Positions 62,355 through 64,000 of a DNA stretch of 64,000 bases are shown here, piece by piece (within the stretch, counting starts at the first letter, position 1; each line of letters begins with the position of its first letter). The position numbers and the translations under genes are program-made. The notes beneath the pieces were generated by a model that was not told the DNA's origin, made no database searches, and saw only the letters and a list, made by a program, of their open reading frames with translations. The stretch is taken from NCBI GenBank assembly GCA_965205835.1, contig OZ242182.1:2236226-2300225 (forward strand). Reading direction: 5' to 3'. The DNA is from Nitrospinales bacterium. GTDB taxonomy: Bacteria; Nitrospinota; Nitrospinia; Nitrospinales; VA-1.

Positions 62355-63488
62355 ATGAATCCTGTAGAAAAAAAAGAGCGGTTAGCAGATATTAAGTCAT
62401 TCTCCGAGAGCTTAGGGTTCGACGGATTTGGAGTTGCTAGTCCCGAATCAGGCTTGGCAGGAGAGAGATTTGGAAAATGGTTGGACGCAGGTTACGACGG
62501 TGAAATGGCCTATATGCGGCGCGGCCAGGAAAAGCGAAAAAATCCTGGTCTCGTTTTGGAAGGAGTGCAAAGCATTCTATGCTTTCGCACCAACTACTAT
62601 TCAATGGAAAAGGATATGAGTTATGTTGAGCATCGTGATGTCGCGGATATTTCCATTTATGCTTTGAACAAGGATTATCATGATATTGTCACGTTGCGTT
62701 TGCGTAAGATGGAGGAGAAAATCAAAGAGAAGTTTGATGGGTGCCGGACTCGGATTTATGTGGACACAGGGCCCATTCTCGAAAAGCCTTTAGCCCAACA
62801 AGCGGGCCTGGGGTGGATTGGCAAGCACACCAACCTTCTCACTGAGGGTATGGGGTCCTGGTATTTCCTTTCTGAAATCCTGACGGATGTCGCCCTTCCC
62901 TCATCTCAGCCAGCTGAGGACCATTGTGGGACCTGCAGAAGCTGCATAGATATTTGCCCGACAGATGCCATTATTGCTCCCTACGTTCTGGATTCGAAAC
63001 GATGTATTTCTTATCTTACTATTGAGTTGAAAGGGGTCATACCCGTTGAGTACAGGAAGGCAATCGGCAACAGAATTTACGGTTGCGATGATTGCCAGAT
63101 TGTCTGCCCGTGGAATTCCTATGCGGTTAAAACTGATGACCCGGGCTTTCAGCAGAAGCAGGACACGCTCAAGCTGATGGACCTGATTCAGATCAACGGA
63201 GAAATGTTTAGCCGAAGATTCAAAGGTAGTCCCATTAAACGAATCAAGAGAAGAGGTCTGCTCAGAAATGTGGCCGTTGCCTTGGGCAATTCTGGCAACC
63301 CGCAAGCTATCCCTGTCCTGATCAAGGTGCTGGATGACGAAGAACCGTTGATCCGGGCGCATGTGGTCTGGGCTTTGGGTGAACTTTCAGGGGCCGAGGC
63401 ACTCCCTTTTATTCAAGAAAAGTTGAATAACGAAAAAGAAGAAATTGTCCTCAAAGAACTGGCGAGAGTGGTGGCTCGACTTGCCTAG
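62355..63488 (+). CDS. queG: Epoxyqueuosine reductase
   Basis: GYDGEMAYM, DYH, YVDTGP, GLGWIGK, CGTCRSCIDICPT, CISYLTIE, GCDDCQIVCPWN and a C-terminal HEAT repeat. Confidence 0.96.
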   Translation: MNPVEKKERLADIKSFSESLGFDGFGVASPESGLAGERFGKWLDAGYDGEMAYMRRGQEKRKNPGLVLEGVQSILCFRTNYYSMEKDMSYVEHRDVADISIYALNKDYHDIVTLRLRKMEEKIKEKFDGCRTRIYVDTGPILEKPLAQQAGLGWIGKHTNLLTEGMGSWYFLSEILTDVALPSSQPAEDHCGTCRSCIDICPTDAIIAPYVLDSKRCISYLTIELKGVIPVEYRKAIGNRIYGCDDCQIVCPWNSYAVKTDDPGFQQKQDTLKLMDLIQINGEMFSRRFKGSPIKRIKRRGLLRNVAVALGNSGNPQAIPVLIKVLDDEEPLIRAHVVWALGELSGAEALPFIQEKLNNEKEEIVLKELARVVARLA

Positions 63489-63645
63489 AGGATGCAGAAA
63501 AATATTGATGGGTATTTTTAAGCAATTTCTAACTTCGCATTAGGCAATTATAGGACAAACTGGGTGTCTCTATAAAATCTACCGGAATATGAAAGTGGAA
63601 TTGGGCTGATAAAGCGGGTTTCAGCGCAGTAATCAAAATAAACCG

Positions 63646-63675
63646 TTGATCCCGCATGGATTCCCGCCTTATAAT
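63646..63675 (+). promoter_or_regulatory. Putative sigma70 promoter of hemE
   Basis: TTGATC-18 nt-TATAAT, 36 nt upstream of the ATG. Confidence 0.65.
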
Positions 63676-63711
63676 CGATAGGTTTTAATCCCCTTCTTTT
63701 TGAACAGGTTT

Positions 63712-64000
63712 ATGGACAAGTCGAGCGAGTGCCGTTTTATAAAAGCCTGCCGAGGTGAACCGGTTGATAAAACTCCGGTCTGGTTCATGCGCCAGGCGGG
63801 TCGGTATATGAAAGTTTACCGGGACCTCAAGGAAAAATACGCTTTTATGGAACTGTGCAAGAACCCGGAGTTGGCGTGTGAGGTCACGTTACAACCTCTG
63901 GATGTGCTGGGGGTGGATGCGGCCATAATTTTTGCAGATATTCTTCTTCCTTTAGAGCCAATGGGAACGGGTTTGGAATTTTCAGCGGGAGATGGCCCGG
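63712..64000 (+). CDS. hemE: Uroporphyrinogen decarboxylase, 3' end outside the window (not in the ORF track)
   Basis: Manual translation: [32 protein letters not shown]...[22 protein letters not shown]. Confidence 0.95.
   Translation, partial: MDKSSECRFIKACRGEPVDKTPVWFMRQAGRYMKVYRDLKEKYAFMELCKNPELACEVTLQPLDVLGVDAAIIFADILLPLEPMGTGLEFSAGDGP

Noticed and set aside
1-64000. CRISPR array, transposase, integrase, prophage, rRNA, tmRNA, RNase P RNA or SRP RNA
   Set aside because: I found no regularly spaced repeats and no diagnostic motifs for any of these. The repeats seen are few, degenerate and irregularly spaced.

Overview
A bacterial core-genome window of about 50% GC. The + strand is G/T-rich and carries most genes. 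From recalled gene content and protein style the host looks Nitrospinota- or Desulfobacterota-like; this is inference, not a search result. Order from the left: nadB (5' truncated), ftsK, an SGNH-like protein, an acyltransferase, a gamma-carbonic-anhydrase-like protein, a nucleoside phosphorylase, a decayed glpE-like rhodanese, a TPR protein, an RlmM-like methyltransferase, rpsT, leuS-lptE-holA, two tandem waaA genes, lpxK and an amidohydrolase. Then come tRNAs Thr/Tyr/Gly/Thr, rpmG, tRNA-Trp, secE-nusG-rplKAJL-rpoBC, the str, S10, spc and alpha ribosomal operons, and rho-rpmE-prfA-prmC-murA-waaF. The window ends with small envelope genes, a Gx-transporter/HDAC pair, queG and the start of hemE. 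I found no CRISPR array, transposase, integrase, prophage or rRNA gene, and I cannot support a complete new multi-gene system. The most unusual signals are four. (1) RpoB carries a C-x-C-x12-C-x2-C insert with the same spacing and flanking residues as the RpoC zinc-binding domain in the same operon, plus a second ~50-aa insert. (2) Two families of degenerate intergenic palindromic repeats occur, one forming 37-bp direct repeats either side of rpsT. (3) The Kdo transferase is tandemly duplicated and sits opposite lpxK across a perfect palindrome with TATACT on both strands. (4) Several genes or leaders normally found in these clusters are missing here (rpmD, tufB, map, the L10 leader), and there are gene remnants (glpE, a receiver-domain fragment). 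All family calls come from motif recognition by eye; no database searches were run.
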